IMG/VR virus record: IMGVR_UViG_3300032105_000042
Location: 15,693 to 79,692 of that record
DNA length: 64,000 bases
DNA from: a virus
Reading direction: 5' to 3' (one strand)
In this document: positions 22,570 through 32,910 of the stretch, piece by piece
How the letters are laid out: the number at the start of each line of letters is the position of its first letter
Numbering within the stretch: the first letter of the stretch is position 1
Notes under the pieces: model-generated
Database searches by the model: none
Told to the model about the DNA's origin: nothing
The model's input: only the letters and a program-made list of their open reading frames with translations
Program-made: the position numbers and the translations under genes

Positions 22570-25500
22570 ACCACCTCCTCGACATCCACACCCAGTGTGT
22601 CTACAAATACGTTAAACGCGGGATCGTTGGTTGTTAGTACGGCGCGGAAGTCGAAGCCCCTGGCCTCGAACTCCGCGCTGTCCAGTCGCTCGAAGGCACT
22701 GAACGTAGGGCTCCCACCCGGATCGTCGTCAGTGTGGCGGACGAATACCACCACGTCGGTCTCGGCCTGCAAAGTACCGTCGAAGTCCTCCCAATCGTCC
22801 ATTGGATTGGTGCGGTCGTCTATGAAGTCCAGCACGTTGATGCTGGTCATACCTACCCGAGTAGTTAGACGCACCCGCTTCACCGTAACTAGGTCGAAGC
22901 CAGCGGCGAAGTCGTAGGTCCCAGTGGAAGTTATGCCTCCGAACGAGTCCAGATCAGAGAGCGCGTCGAAGTCCGGTATGTCGTCGAACAGCCCAATGGA
23001 GGTCAGCTTCAGGATGCCTCCATCCGCGACCACTCCCGTCTTAATACCGGTGAACGCAGTGTGCTCATTCAGAGAGTCAACGTTAGCAAACGCGAGGACG
23101 TTGGCCTGCTTGGTAGTGACGGACGCTATTGCGTCGGAGGGATTACCCGAGACGTCGAACACTCGCGCCAGGTAAGTGCCTGGCTTCAGGGGGAGCACGG
23201 CAGTCAGGTCGCGCGCGTGCACCGTAGTACCTATCGAGCTACTAGCTGACCAGGTAGCCCCCGTGAAGTCGGCCGAGTGTCGGAAGCGAACCTCGCCACC
23301 GAACAGTACGTCAAGCTCGGGCGGCTCATCCCATCGCAGGAACACCTGCCCGCCGAAGACCGAGATCGTCAGGCCAGTAAGACCGCTCGGGTTGGTGGAC
23401 TTCCCGACGACTGTGTGAGCAAATATGATAGTCGCGGGACCCGGAAGAAGTCGTCCACCGACCACGAACCGGAGGCGCAGATCCAGGGTCTCACCGTCGT
23501 TGACCCCACTGATGATTACCTTGTCCGAGGTTATTAGATCCGTCTCCATCCGAGAGAACGGCTCGGCAGTGGAAGTTGGCCTCCCCGTTATCTCCACAGT
23601 AGGCGCATCGAACCTAGGATCGTCGAAAGGATCAAACTCTATGACTATCCTAGTCCGCAGGGACTCTCCAGGACCACGCACTAACACCGACTCGTCGGAT
23701 ACCACGCTCCGCACAGTGAGGGCCGGGATCACTGGCAGTGGAGTTAGATTTGTCTTGAAGGTGGGGATTGTCTCAGTGTCGGCGTCGAACATCGCCGGTC
23801 GATACGGTACCGCCACGACGCTGGCCCTGAACTCAGTTCCGGGTTGTATGGCAATTATGCTCGCGTCGTCGGTCTCCTGCCCGAGCAGACCGAACCCGAA
23901 GATCTCTCCTATCACTACCGTCGGCTGCCCACCCGTCGCCGGGATCGGCGTGGTGAGGACGACCAGCGTCTGCTCACCAGCATTTGTCACCACCTGCGCC
24001 GTTACCTCCCCACCAGCGATGGTTCTTATTGCAATCCCATAGTTGTTACCACCGACCATCGTGACCGGTTCGTCCAGCGTGAGGTCGGTGACGTTGTTGC
24101 TCCCGTCGACAGTCACTGCCTTGATACGCCCAGACGACAGGCCGACCAGGAGGACGTCGTGGGTTATGGACACGCGATCCCCGCGCAGGTATGTGAGGTA
24201 CTCCATGTCCTGCTGGAAGGTCCAGCGCTCGGGCTGGAGCAGACCCTGGGCTATGCGGAACCGGCCAAGCCTCTGTATCTGATCCGGGTCCGTTACCCCT
24301 GGCAGCTCTAACCCCTCGAACTTCTTGGCATTGGTATTGTCAAAACCGTCGCGGAATACTCGCCGCTCGTCCTGCCGATAGCCCTCGTTCTCGTTCGGGA
24401 ACCGAATGCGCCACCCGTCCGGGGGATCGATGAACGACTTCTCGGCTCGGAAGTCGAAGGAGTTGCGGGGCGTTATGTGACTCACGGGCAGGGCCTGTAC
24501 CTGCTCTATCACCACCGACCACTTTCCGTCTATCTGACTCGGCGCGGCTCGGCCAGCCGACGCCACGTCGGCCAGCGTGTCCCAGACGCTGGAGGTGAAG
24601 TCCCGCACCATGTTGAACTTGAAGCTGCGGGATGCGTTGAAGACGTGCCAGGACTGCAGGGTTGGCAGGTCCAGTCTCGCGTCGGGTAGTGGTTCCACGA
24701 TCCCGTTACCCTGGAGCACTTGACGATACAGGGACGCCGGGTTCTGGATCTGCTGATCCGGCACCCACGTGGAACCGTTCCAGTCCAGCCCTATGGTAGT
24801 GACTATCCCGGTGAACTCGTTCACGATCCGGTTTAGCTGATCGGTGGCCTGTATGCGAAGAGCCGTCTTCGCGACTGGTACCGCCGATACGATTGGATCC
24901 TCATCGGTGATCGCGCGGAGGGCCGACCACGTCACCTCGTCGAAGATCTGAGACGAGGTGGTATCAGAGGTCGTCCGGCGCGTCCGGATCTCGTACTGGC
25001 CTCTCTCCACCACTGCCCAGCGGAACCCGTGCCGTATAGCCGACGTCTTCTTCTGAGTAAAGGTAACAGTCTTCCCACTCACAAAGGAATTAGGTACGGT
25101 CTTGGCCGTAAAGATTGGGGTGAGAAACGTAACGTCGCCAACCTTTCGAAACTCTATCTCTATGGCCACTGACCGCGATACCTTCTTCCCTCGATCGTCG
25201 AACTCCACTAGACCCCTGAGGAATGTTATGTCAACGCTCAACTCGTCGGCGTCGGGGCCGGAAGTCCTAGTAACGAAGCCTGCCGACTGCTGGAGAAGTA
25301 TTGAGAGGTTCTGCTGGTTTACCTGGTTGGAGTACAGGGTCAGCGGGGCATCCCCAGGACGGCCCTCCCGGTGCTCCGTCTCGACCCCCACGAAGTCTGT
25401 CAGAGGTGTCTGCCCAATCCTCAGCGTCGGAATGTCGAGCTTGAGAGGGCCGACACCCCACACAAACAGCAGGCGCAGGAACTGCTTGTCTCCGACTATC

Positions 25501-26126
25501 TCCGTGAACGGCGCGGCTCCGAAGGGAGGAGCCATCCTGTGACGACCGAGCACTACAGGCACGGGTCCGAACGGTCGCGAGACGTTGCGAGCACCCTCTA
25601 TGAACAGCGTCGGTGAGTCCCTGGTCGTGGCTCCAGAGAGAGTCTCGATCTTCGGTGTGCGTATGGGTGCGATCGCGTTGACCAGCAGGCGTCCGGCAAT
25701 GCTGATGATCGCCGAGCCGAGCACGCCCGAGAGGGTAGACGCTATCCCGAACGGCAGCCCCAGAGGCAGACCACCGATTAGTGGCAGGTTCTGAAAGATC
25801 ACGCCACCGAGTGCCGGTCCGATGAAAAAGGCAGCCGCAAACACGGCCAGCATGAGTATGGTCCTCAGAGGGTTCTTCCCTCCTCCTCCACCAGCTGGCA
25901 GAACTCGGAACTCGATGTGCACGCCTGCCTTCGGGCGCACCCTCGGCCACCACTCCCGGGGGATGACCTCCCCTCTTATGAAGGCAATCGCGTGCTGGAT
26001 CAGCATCGGATCGGGCTGTGCTATGTGAAGCATCTCCTCGATCGTTAGACCCTCAGGCATCCAGAGGACGTGACGCTCGATCCGGAAGGGATGAGGTGCT
26101 GCAGTGACCAACACGCCCTCATTCAT
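22566..26126 (-). CDS. Central tail fibre / host-specificity protein (lambda J-like)
   Basis: GGGGKNPLRTIL, PVPVVLGRHR, FLRLLFVWGVGP, GRAAPSQIDGKWSVV, Fn3-like C-terminal part. Confidence 0.85.
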   Translation of the reverse strand: MNEGVLVTAAPHPFRIERHVLWMPEGLTIEEMLHIAQPDPMLIQHAIAFIRGEVIPREWWPRVRPKAGVHIEFRVLPAGGGGGKNPLRTILMLAVFAAAFFIGPALGGVIFQNLPLIGGLPLGLPFGIASTLSGVLGSAIISIAGRLLVNAIAPIRTPKIETLSGATTRDSPTLFIEGARNVSRPFGPVPVVLGRHRMAPPFGAAPFTEIVGDKQFLRLLFVWGVGPLKLDIPTLRIGQTPLTDFVGVETEHREGRPGDAPLTLYSNQVNQQNLSILLQQSAGFVTRTSGPDADELSVDITFLRGLVEFDDRGKKVSRSVAIEIEFRKVGDVTFLTPIFTAKTVPNSFVSGKTVTFTQKKTSAIRHGFRWAVVERGQYEIRTRRTTSDTTSSQIFDEVTWSALRAITDEDPIVSAVPVAKTALRIQATDQLNRIVNEFTGIVTTIGLDWNGSTWVPDQQIQNPASLYRQVLQGNGIVEPLPDARLDLPTLQSWHVFNASRSFKFNMVRDFTSSVWDTLADVASAGRAAPSQIDGKWSVVIEQVQALPVSHITPRNSFDFRAEKSFIDPPDGWRIRFPNENEGYRQDERRVFRDGFDNTNAKKFEGLELPGVTDPDQIQRLGRFRIAQGLLQPERWTFQQDMEYLTYLRGDRVSITHDVLLVGLSSGRIKAVTVDGSNNVTDLTLDEPVTMVGGNNYGIAIRTIAGGEVTAQVVTNAGEQTLVVLTTPIPATGGQPTVVIGEIFGFGLLGQETDDASIIAIQPGTEFRASVVAVPYRPAMFDADTETIPTFKTNLTPLPVIPALTVRSVVSDESVLVRGPGESLRTRIVIEFDPFDDPRFDAPTVEITGRPTSTAEPFSRMETDLITSDKVIISGVNDGETLDLRLRFVVGGRLLPGPATIIFAHTVVGKSTNPSGLTGLTISVFGGQVFLRWDEPPELDVLFGGEVRFRHSADFTGATWSASSSIGTTVHARDLTAVLPLKPGTYLARVFDVSGNPSDAIASVTTKQANVLAFANVDSLNEHTAFTGIKTGVVADGGILKLTSIGLFDDIPDFDALSDLDSFGGITSTGTYDFAAGFDLVTVKRVRLTTRVGMTSINVLDFIDDRTNPMDDWEDFDGTLQAETDVVVFVRHTDDDPGGSPTFSAFERLDSAEFEARGFDFRAVLTTNDPAFNVFVDTLGVDVEEVV

Positions 26127-26523
26127 AGCGGTAGATCCCCTCCAACCTCTTGGCCCACAGAGGACTGTAGAGCCGCTCTATGAAGATCCCGGCCTTCTTC
26201 TCCGCGTGCAGTACCCGCTGCTCGTCCACCAGCAGACCCATGTGTACCGGCCTTCTATTTATGAGAAAGAGAGCCCCGTCCATCGCCCGAGGGTGGCTCA
26301 CTCGTCTCCACTCTGGTAGGTGACTGGAAACAAGCTGTCCAAGCTCTACGCTACCCCTCACGTCTGCCTCGTCGTAGCAGTCGACGTAGCTCGGCAGCTC
26401 GATGCCCAGCACGTGACGATACCCCAAGAGGACTAGTCCCCAGCAGTCCACCCCCTCGAAGTCCCTACCCCTCTCGACGAAGGGAACGAGGAGTATGCGT
26501 CCGACGAACTCTTCCAGCGTCAT
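26119..26523 (-). CDS. NlpC/P60 tail-tip protein (lambda K-like)
   Basis: GRDFEGVDCWGLV..Y, HMGLL....VLHAE. Confidence 0.88.
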   Translation of the reverse strand: MTLEEFVGRILLVPFVERGRDFEGVDCWGLVLLGYRHVLGIELPSYVDCYDEADVRGSVELGQLVSSHLPEWRRVSHPRAMDGALFLINRRPVHMGLLVDEQRVLHAEKKAGIFIERLYSPLWAKRLEGIYRYE

Positions 26524-26538
26524 GTCTCTGCTCCGCTA

Positions 26539-26994
26539 CTACTGAATGAGACCGGGGAACTCGGCCGGAGAGAAACTACGCGCCGGGAAGGGCTCCCGCG
26601 TCAGGTCCTCGAACTCCAGGTCTCCCCTGACCTGGAGTATGTCGTACTTGACGTTCGTCAGGCGCATGGTTGGGAAATCCATCTCGATAGTGTCCGGGTC
26701 AGCTCGGAGTACCACGGAGATAGTCACGCTGGCAGCGGTGGAGATGTCCCGGATGGCCTGGCCAATCTCCCGGCTCACGTTGTCGATCTGTAGCTGGGCG
26801 CGAGGAGGAGCGTCCTCCAGAGAGTCGGGGAGCTTTATCTCGAACGGGAACGCTATGTACTCCTGCGCATTCGACGTGACGTTTACCCGGTCGTTGACCA
26901 CGAAGATGGGCTCGGCCAGATCCGCGTGATCAATCTTCAGCAGTATCAGTGGCTGGTCGCTAGCCGGTGACCACGCGTCGTCCTTCAGAGGCAT
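26539..26994 (-). CDS. Tail-tip protein (DUF1833-like)
   Basis: LILLKIDHADL, YIAFPFEIKLP, AQLQIDNV, EPFPARSFSPAEFPGL. Confidence 0.8.
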   Translation of the reverse strand: MPLKDDAWSPASDQPLILLKIDHADLAEPIFVVNDRVNVTSNAQEYIAFPFEIKLPDSLEDAPPRAQLQIDNVSREIGQAIRDISTAASVTISVVLRADPDTIEMDFPTMRLTNVKYDILQVRGDLEFEDLTREPFPARSFSPAEFPGLIQ

Positions 26995-27009
26995 CCTGCA
27001 AGACTCCTA

Positions 27010-27372
27010 CTACGGCTGTATCTCCAGGCTCAGGACCCCACTCCACTTGCGACTGTTGATGTCCCCTCCCATGACGAGTGTCCAACTCGGAGGACCTCGG
27101 AACGCAAAGCTCACCGTGGCATCGGTCGTCGGGTCCTCCCAGTCAAACTCCAGCGACCCGTTCTTTAGCGTAGTGCGAAAGAAGGTGTCGAAGGTCTGCT
27201 TCTGACTGCCAGTGAGTACGATGGGTACCCTGACGGACCGCATGTTAGCCGCGAAGCGATTTCGCCGGGAGGGTGGACCAGAGTCCATGGGTGTTCGCAC
27301 AACCGCGTCCACGTCGGTCTCGGTCATGCCAACGAACTGCTTCTGTGGTAGGGTGCCTGGCCACGCGGTCAT
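27010..27372 (-). CDS. Distal/minor tail protein (lambda M-like)
   Basis: WPGTLPQ, RTPMDSGP..RR, FDTFFRTTLKNGSLEFDWEDP. Confidence 0.78.
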   Translation of the reverse strand: MTAWPGTLPQKQFVGMTETDVDAVVRTPMDSGPPSRRNRFAANMRSVRVPIVLTGSQKQTFDTFFRTTLKNGSLEFDWEDPTTDATVSFAFRGPPSWTLVMGGDINSRKWSGVLSLEIQP

Positions 27373-29762
27373 CTGGAGACCACTGTCTGGGTCGAGCCAA
27401 ACGTATCACGAATAGCGCGGAACGTCCGAGTACCAGGCCGCATATTGTCGGCCGTCGCCTGGTCTATGAACAGTCTCACTCGATCCAGGTCACCAATCCT
27501 GTCGGTCTGCTCCGAGACCTCGGAACCCGGAGGAGCAAACACCTGTATCTGCACGGTGGGACCACTGGGAAATGAGGCACCCTCCAGCCGACTGGAGGGA
27601 ACGATAGTACCACCGACCCTAGGAATAAATAGCTCGGGTCCGGCCTCACCGACGATGCCCGGCTGTCCTCGACGAATGTTACCTCCGTGTTGGAAGAAAC
27701 TGAAGCCACCACTGAATAGATCCTCAAGAGCACGGGTAAGTGGCACGGTTATGGCCAATCTTGTCAGGATGCGGATGATATCCTGGGCTAGGCCCTCCAG
27801 GATATCCCCCAAACTCTTCCCGGATACGATGGCGTCCTCCAGCGCGGAGGCGAACGTAAAGCCGAGATCCGCTCCCAGACGCTCCAGCCTCTGAGTCGAG
27901 TCGGCCTGCTCATCCTGGAGCCTGGTAACTTCCTTTATGCGATCCGACAGCTCGACGAGCGCTCTGTCCACCACCAGTATCCCATCCTTTCCCTCGCCAA
28001 TGCGCTTAAGAGCATCGGCAAGGACTCCGGCCTCCCGAGCGGCGTGGACGGCCTCCGGGGCCAGGTCACCGAACCTCTTCTGTACAAGCTCCAGCTCGAA
28101 GTTAGCGTCCGCGAGAGCCCCCACCAAACCCTTTTGGATCTCGTCATTAAACTTACCCATGCCAGGAAAGGCTTGTTCAAAGGCCGAGCTGGTCTTGGTC
28201 ACCTCGGTACCAAGATCCTTTACACTTCCTTTAGCAAGGTCCAGAGCTTTCTTGAGTTCTTCTATCTGGTCCTTGGGGAGTTTTCCAAAGAGGCTCTCGA
28301 AGGCAGGGTCAAGGAAATCCACTATAGTGTCTGCTATCTTTTTCAGATCATCCGTTATTCCCGCAAAAAAGCCCTTTCTCTGCATAAAGTCCTCTGCAGG
28401 CTTCACCCCCTTTATAAAGTCATAGAAGGCTTGTAGTTGCACCGCAGCCTGCCTTACGGAGAGACCAATGGCGAGCATTAATGCGGGGATTACGAAGAGA
28501 CGTCTCAGGAAGATGACCAGGACTATGGCCACACCACGGAGTATGATAGCCAGGCCCAGGAGAGCAGGGCCAGCTATACCAAGAGCAGAAACCACGACGG
28601 TACCAAACCGCAGGATCTCTGGGTTGGTTGCACTCAGCTTACGCGCCAAGCCCGTCATACTACGCAGCATTCTCTCCGTGAAGCCTTGAAGGCCTGCTCG
28701 TGTAACAGAGAGGGCGGCACCCTCTATGGCAGACTTCAGCTCGACAACTGCGCCAACCAGCCCACGCAGCTGGATCTTCTGAATGCGCTCGGCAGTGCCA
28801 CCAGCGTCCTTCAGTCTCTCAGTGAGCTTAGCAAGATCCTCACCTCGGCCAACCAACGCCCCAATCGCACGACCACCTCGGATACCAAAAACTTCTAAAA
28901 TCAACCCCACCTCAGTCGCCGTAATACCACCCTCTAGAATTGCCTTCTCTATGTCTCTGACAATATCAGCAAGAGGACGGATGCGATCGCTGGTGTCGAT
29001 CACTGTAAGGCCAAGCTTCCTCATGGCCTTAGTCCCCTCATCCGTGGGCTTGAGCATATTTATGATAGCACGGTTCAGGGACGTACCAGAAATTCCTCCT
29101 TGAAGACCAGCGTCACCAAGCAGTCCAATTGCGGCTGTTATATCTTCAATAGGTATCTGGGCTTGTTGCGCTGTCGTACCAACAAACTTCAGGGACTCGG
29201 CAGCTTGTACAATAGTTACGTTGGCAGTTGCCTGTACCTTTGCCAAGACATCATTGACACGTACTATTTCTTCAGCTTCCATCCTAAACTGCGTCAGGAC
29301 ATTGGAGGCGATGTCTGCCGCTGTTCCCAGATCGAGTTGTCCCGCGCTCGCGAGCTGGAGAACACCCGGCATTGCCGACAGGATCTCGTTTACCTCGAAA
29401 CCCGTCTGAGCCAGGAAGGCCATACCCTCGCCAGCCTGCACCGCAGAGAATTCCGTAGTCTCACCCAGCTTACGCGCCTGCGCCGAGAGCTTTTCGAAAT
29501 CCTTCCCAGTCGCGCCGGTCAGGGCAGCGACCCGGTTCATTGCCTTCTGGAACTGGAACGCGCTGCGAAGTATCCCGGCACCAAGTGCCAGCGCTGGCAG
29601 TGCTAGGCTGGTCGTCATCCTGCGACCAATGCCCTGCATCCTCTTGCTGATCCTGGTGAGAGAGCGAGTCATCACCTGGCGAACCCTCGCCAGGTCTCCG
29701 TCCAGCTGCTTGAGAGACGCTCGGATCGCGATGAACGCGGTGCCAAGCTGAATGCTAACCAT
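27369..29762 (-). CDS. Tape measure protein (TP901-type)
   Basis: FQKAMNRVAALTGAT, LGETTEFSAVQAGEGM.FLAQ.G, C-terminal FQHGG..GQPGIVGEAGPELF. Confidence 0.92.
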   Translation of the reverse strand: MVSIQLGTAFIAIRASLKQLDGDLARVRQVMTRSLTRISKRMQGIGRRMTTSLALPALALGAGILRSAFQFQKAMNRVAALTGATGKDFEKLSAQARKLGETTEFSAVQAGEGMAFLAQTGFEVNEILSAMPGVLQLASAGQLDLGTAADIASNVLTQFRMEAEEIVRVNDVLAKVQATANVTIVQAAESLKFVGTTAQQAQIPIEDITAAIGLLGDAGLQGGISGTSLNRAIINMLKPTDEGTKAMRKLGLTVIDTSDRIRPLADIVRDIEKAILEGGITATEVGLILEVFGIRGGRAIGALVGRGEDLAKLTERLKDAGGTAERIQKIQLRGLVGAVVELKSAIEGAALSVTRAGLQGFTERMLRSMTGLARKLSATNPEILRFGTVVVSALGIAGPALLGLAIILRGVAIVLVIFLRRLFVIPALMLAIGLSVRQAAVQLQAFYDFIKGVKPAEDFMQRKGFFAGITDDLKKIADTIVDFLDPAFESLFGKLPKDQIEELKKALDLAKGSVKDLGTEVTKTSSAFEQAFPGMGKFNDEIQKGLVGALADANFELELVQKRFGDLAPEAVHAAREAGVLADALKRIGEGKDGILVVDRALVELSDRIKEVTRLQDEQADSTQRLERLGADLGFTFASALEDAIVSGKSLGDILEGLAQDIIRILTRLAITVPLTRALEDLFSGGFSFFQHGGNIRRGQPGIVGEAGPELFIPRVGGTIVPSSRLEGASFPSGPTVQIQVFAPPGSEVSEQTDRIGDLDRVRLFIDQATADNMRPGTRTFRAIRDTFGSTQTVVSR

Positions 29763-29769
29763 GCTCTAC

Positions 29770-30105
29770 CTACTCCTCGGGAAGAGCTATTACGCTAGCG
29801 CGACGACGCTCCTCCCACTCCTGATCCTGTCTTGCTATGAACCCCTTCAGCTGGTCCTCCGTAGCCGCAGCGTCGGGGGCCAGGTTCTTTACTAATGCCT
29901 CGTGCCGAGCAAGCTCCTGGGCTGCCTCCTCGGGAGACAGTTTGGTAGGTTTGTCCTTGAACTTGAGGAGCCTAGTCAGGGAGGGCATCCTCTTGGCTCG
30001 GTTCAGCTTTGCCATCAGCCAGGATCCCATCACGACCTGGTCACTCTCTCGCTGCACACGTCTAGCATACCCCTCTAGGTAAAGGGAGAACTCGCACAGG
30101 GTCAT
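29770..30105 (-). CDS. Tail assembly chaperone, downstream (T) part
   Basis: Frame is open upstream as PWNWERAQLVAYEAGLTPDQFWGMTLCEF, a typical TAC-T pattern. Confidence 0.7.
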   Translation of the reverse strand: MTLCEFSLYLEGYARRVQRESDQVVMGSWLMAKLNRAKRMPSLTRLLKFKDKPTKLSPEEAAQELARHEALVKNLAPDAAATEDQLKGFIARQDQEWEERRRASVIALPEE

Positions 30106-30146
30106 CCCCCAGAACTGGTCGGGTGTGAGCCCAGCCTCGTACGCTA

Positions 30147-30533
30147 CTAGCTGGGCTCGCTCCCAGTTCCAGGGCTCGGAGGGTCCGCACTAGCGGCGTC
30201 CTCCTGGTCGCCTGGCGTGCTGGGCTGCGTCTTGCGCGCGAGGCCCTTCTGGAATGCCTCACCGAGCGACGCCGCTGCTTCGGAGATATCCCAGTCCAGC
30301 GCACCTACCTCCTTCTCGGTGAGATCCGGGTGGTGATGCTGAAGACCAGCCCACATGATGTAGATCAGATCGGACATACCAACGCCGGACAGACCTATAC
30401 CGTCTGCGAGCTGCTCGAACGAGGTGAGCCCCAGGTGATCCATTACCATAGCGGTTGCGTTCAGGTCGTAGCAGAGAATGTATGCTGCTCCTCCCACAAC
30501 AATTGGGGTATCTCCCCTGTGTGTGTTTCCCAT
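30147..30533 (-). CDS. Tail assembly chaperone (G part)
   Basis: Lies between tube and TMP; YILCYDLNA....D..G, IMWAGLQHHHPDLTEKEVG. Confidence 0.75.
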   Translation of the reverse strand: MGNTHRGDTPIVVGGAAYILCYDLNATAMVMDHLGLTSFEQLADGIGLSGVGMSDLIYIMWAGLQHHHPDLTEKEVGALDWDISEAAASLGEAFQKGLARKTQPSTPGDQEDAASADPPSPGTGSEPS

Positions 30534-30570
30534 GTTTCTTCTCCTTAACCGATCAAGCGACTGACCCAGA

Positions 30571-30963
30571 CTAGAGCTGGATTATCGCACCGTCGACCGC
30601 CACCTCCATGGAGATCGTGACGTTGTCCTGGTCGGGGAAGTCTCGGGTCATATCCGTGATTACTGCGTTGACCTCCTCCTTCGCCACGCCCAGCTCCTGC
30701 TCCCGGAGCTTGATCTTAGTGCCGTTGCGCATCGCGGCTCTGAGAGCCGTGAATGCAACGTCGGTCGGGACAAACAGGTTCTCGAAGGAGTAGGTCGCCT
30801 CGTACCGACCAGCGGAGACCTTGCGCTCACGCGCGTCCTTACTCGACTCGTCGACCACGTCGTTGCTTTCACTTACGGACGCGTTAGTCTGCGACGCGAT
30901 CGCCGCGAAGGTACCGGCCCCGTCCGTGTCGACCAGAATTAAGACATCCTTGCCGTTCATCAT
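30571..30963 (-). CDS. Major tail tube protein
   Basis: NGKDVLI, DESSKD, VITDMTRDFPDQDNVTISMEV..DG. Confidence 0.82.
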   Translation of the reverse strand: MMNGKDVLILVDTDGAGTFAAIASQTNASVSESNDVVDESSKDARERKVSAGRYEATYSFENLFVPTDVAFTALRAAMRNGTKIKLREQELGVAKEEVNAVITDMTRDFPDQDNVTISMEVAVDGAIIQL

Positions 30964-31007
30964 TCATCTCCTTATTTCAAGAAGGACACTTACTCGGTGG
31001 CTAACTA

Positions 31008-31364
31008 TTAGCCACCAGGCATCCGCACGGCTGCCACAGTGAGGTCCGCACCGCTATCGCTATAGGTAACTTGAACCTTACCATTGCCGTCAGTGTAAGG
31101 TGCCAAAGGGGCCTTGACCCAACGTTCCGAGGTCAGTGGTATATTGATGGCCAAGGCAGCAAACGTCACCTTGCCAAACTTGTCGATGTCGAATGACGTC
31201 CGCTGCACAGCGAAGGTCACGGTCCTAGCCAAGGTAGCATTGGCGTTCTTGACGACGAAGAACGTCCGGTCACCGTTGATGTAGTCATCACCCCCAGCCG
31301 CTGCCGCCACGAAGGACGGGTTGAGGCCGGTCTCAGCGATGTCTTGTACTGCTTGGTTTGCCAT
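31008..31364 (-). CDS. Virion structural protein
   Basis: PSFVAAAAGGD....G..FFVVKN, GKVQVTYS; in the neck/tail cluster. Confidence 0.6.
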   Translation of the reverse strand: MANQAVQDIAETGLNPSFVAAAAGGDDYINGDRTFFVVKNANATLARTVTFAVQRTSFDIDKFGKVTFAALAINIPLTSERWVKAPLAPYTDGNGKVQVTYSDSGADLTVAAVRMPGG

Positions 31365-31393
31365 GGCAATATCTCCTGGTTATGACAGTAGTA

Positions 31394-31825
31394 TCAAGGT
31401 TCACTCATGACTAGGCGCACTGTAACTATGCGGCCCAGTGCGTCCTCCTCGTCGGCCTCTATCGGCCCAGTTACCACGGCGATCTCCACGGTGAACCCAG
31501 CTATGGTGATAGCCTGGCGATGAAACAGGTCTCGCACGCGCTCGGCTACGTCCTCCACTACCCCAGCGGACAGAGCGATATCCGCGAAGCAGCGGATGTC
31601 CCTGACAATCTCCCGACCAGACGAGTTCTTGGTATCCAGCGACCCGGGATCCTGCGAGGCCTCGCCCGTAGTCAGGATGTACGGGCCGTTGGTCTCCAGC
31701 GACACGCCCGATGGGATGGGCGTCTTGGTGAATATCGACGGACTGCCACCGAAGGTACCGAGCAGCGCTGTTAGCGCCGAGTCATTGACCAGTCGATCGA
31801 ATAGGGCCTGGGTGATTGCACTCAA
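31394..31825 (-). CDS. Tail terminator (DUF3168 / gp17-like)
   Basis: QALFDRLVNDSALTALL, PYI..GE, VAERVRDLFH. Confidence 0.82.
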   Translation of the reverse strand: MSAITQALFDRLVNDSALTALLGTFGGSPSIFTKTPIPSGVSLETNGPYILTTGEASQDPGSLDTKNSSGREIVRDIRCFADIALSAGVVEDVAERVRDLFHRQAITIAGFTVEIAVVTGPIEADEEDALGRIVTVRLVMSEP

Positions 31826-32157
31826 AGACCTGTCTCCGTGTTCTTGAGGCGACGGAACCCAGTGATCTCGCCGGTATCCTCGTCCATCTCGGCCACCAGA
31901 GCACCGAAGCCTTTCTTTGGCCCATCGTCGAAGGAACCCAGGAAACCGTTCAGGATACCGAGCAACCCAACCGAGTAGTCCATCGACTGAGACACGTCGT
32001 CCTTAACTACTCGGACCTGGACAGTCGGGTGTGTCATCAAAGCCTTACCACAGGGCACCCGATGAAGACAAAGGTCAGTGATGGCACTGCGGTCGTGGGC
32101 CAGCATCTCATTCATGAAGTTAACTAGCTCTCCCGCCAGCGCAAACCGAACCGACAT
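31822..32157 (-). CDS. Hypothetical protein
   Basis: 4-nt overlap with the next gene; HPTVQV, VGLLGILNG. Confidence 0.55.
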   Translation of the reverse strand: MSVRFALAGELVNFMNEMLAHDRSAITDLCLHRVPCGKALMTHPTVQVRVVKDDVSQSMDYSVGLLGILNGFLGSFDDGPKKGFGALVAEMDEDTGEITGFRRLKNTETGL

Positions 32158-32160
32158 TAC

Positions 32161-32589
32161 CTACACTCCCGCTAAACCCTTGGCCAGGATACGAAGGATC
32201 TTTCGCCTCTGCTCCATCAGGGTTGGCCGGAGATAGGGGCGAGGCTTTAGAGTACCACTCCTGTTGCCAAACTCCAGTGCCGCTCCCTTCTTCAGGTCCG
32301 TGCCAATCAGGCCGATGACGCTATTCACGGTTGACACCACCCTCTGACGGATGGAGTTCTGCAGCTGACTAGTTATCTTCTTCGGCGGCTCGCCAGGGAG
32401 CGACGGATCCAGACCAATGATAGTACCACCGGGAGTGATCCGGGTTGGCTGCCCTCGGTTCAGCTTTTCCTTCACCCGATCGCGCACGAAGACTGTCGCG
32501 ACCAGCATGTTCTTCTTCACCTCCTCGAGAGTCTTACGGCGAAACAGTCTCTTGTTCAACCGCAGTCGGAAAGGCTTACTAACTGCCAC
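32161..32589 (-). CDS. HK97 gp10-like neck/tail completion protein
   Basis: SLPGEPP....QLQNSI, ALEFG....KPRPYLRPTL. Confidence 0.85.
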   Translation of the reverse strand: MAVSKPFRLRLNKRLFRRKTLEEVKKNMLVATVFVRDRVKEKLNRGQPTRITPGGTIIGLDPSLPGEPPKKITSQLQNSIRQRVVSTVNSVIGLIGTDLKKGAALEFGNRSGTLKPRPYLRPTLMEQRRKILRILAKGLAGV

Positions 32590-32908
32590 TCTGTATCTCC
32601 TGAGCTTGTACCTTCAGGAACTCGTCCTCGGACGGCAGGAGCAGGGCCAGGACCTCGTACTTGATACCACCGTCCTCTATCGTATCTCGGACCTTGACAT
32701 CAACACCAAAGTCAAAGTACCAGACGTGTGTGACATCGGCCTCCTCCCGATCAGCCACGAAGCGATCCGAACCACTAGCAGCGTGTCGCCGACCCTTCGG
32801 GGTCGCAACCTCAGTCAGAGTAGTAGTGAAGCCACCCTGGCCGTCAGCCGTCGAGGTGTCTCGCTTTATACTGGGACTCCGGTTAAGGAGGTGAGAGATC
32901 CTACCCAC
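32579..32908 (-). CDS. Head closure / head-tail joining protein (SPP1 gp16-like)
   Basis: TADGQGGFTTT, THVWYFDFGVDVKVRD.I......YEV. Confidence 0.8.
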   Translation of the reverse strand: MGRISHLLNRSPSIKRDTSTADGQGGFTTTLTEVATPKGRRHAASGSDRFVADREEADVTHVWYFDFGVDVKVRDTIEDGGIKYEVLALLLPSEDEFLKVQAQEIQSGS

Positions 32909-32910
32909 TT

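Noticed and set aside
30062-30304. 80-aa ORF overlapping the tail chaperones
   Set aside because: It is the +1 frame of the chaperone gene; the conserved TAC-T motif lies in the -1 frame.
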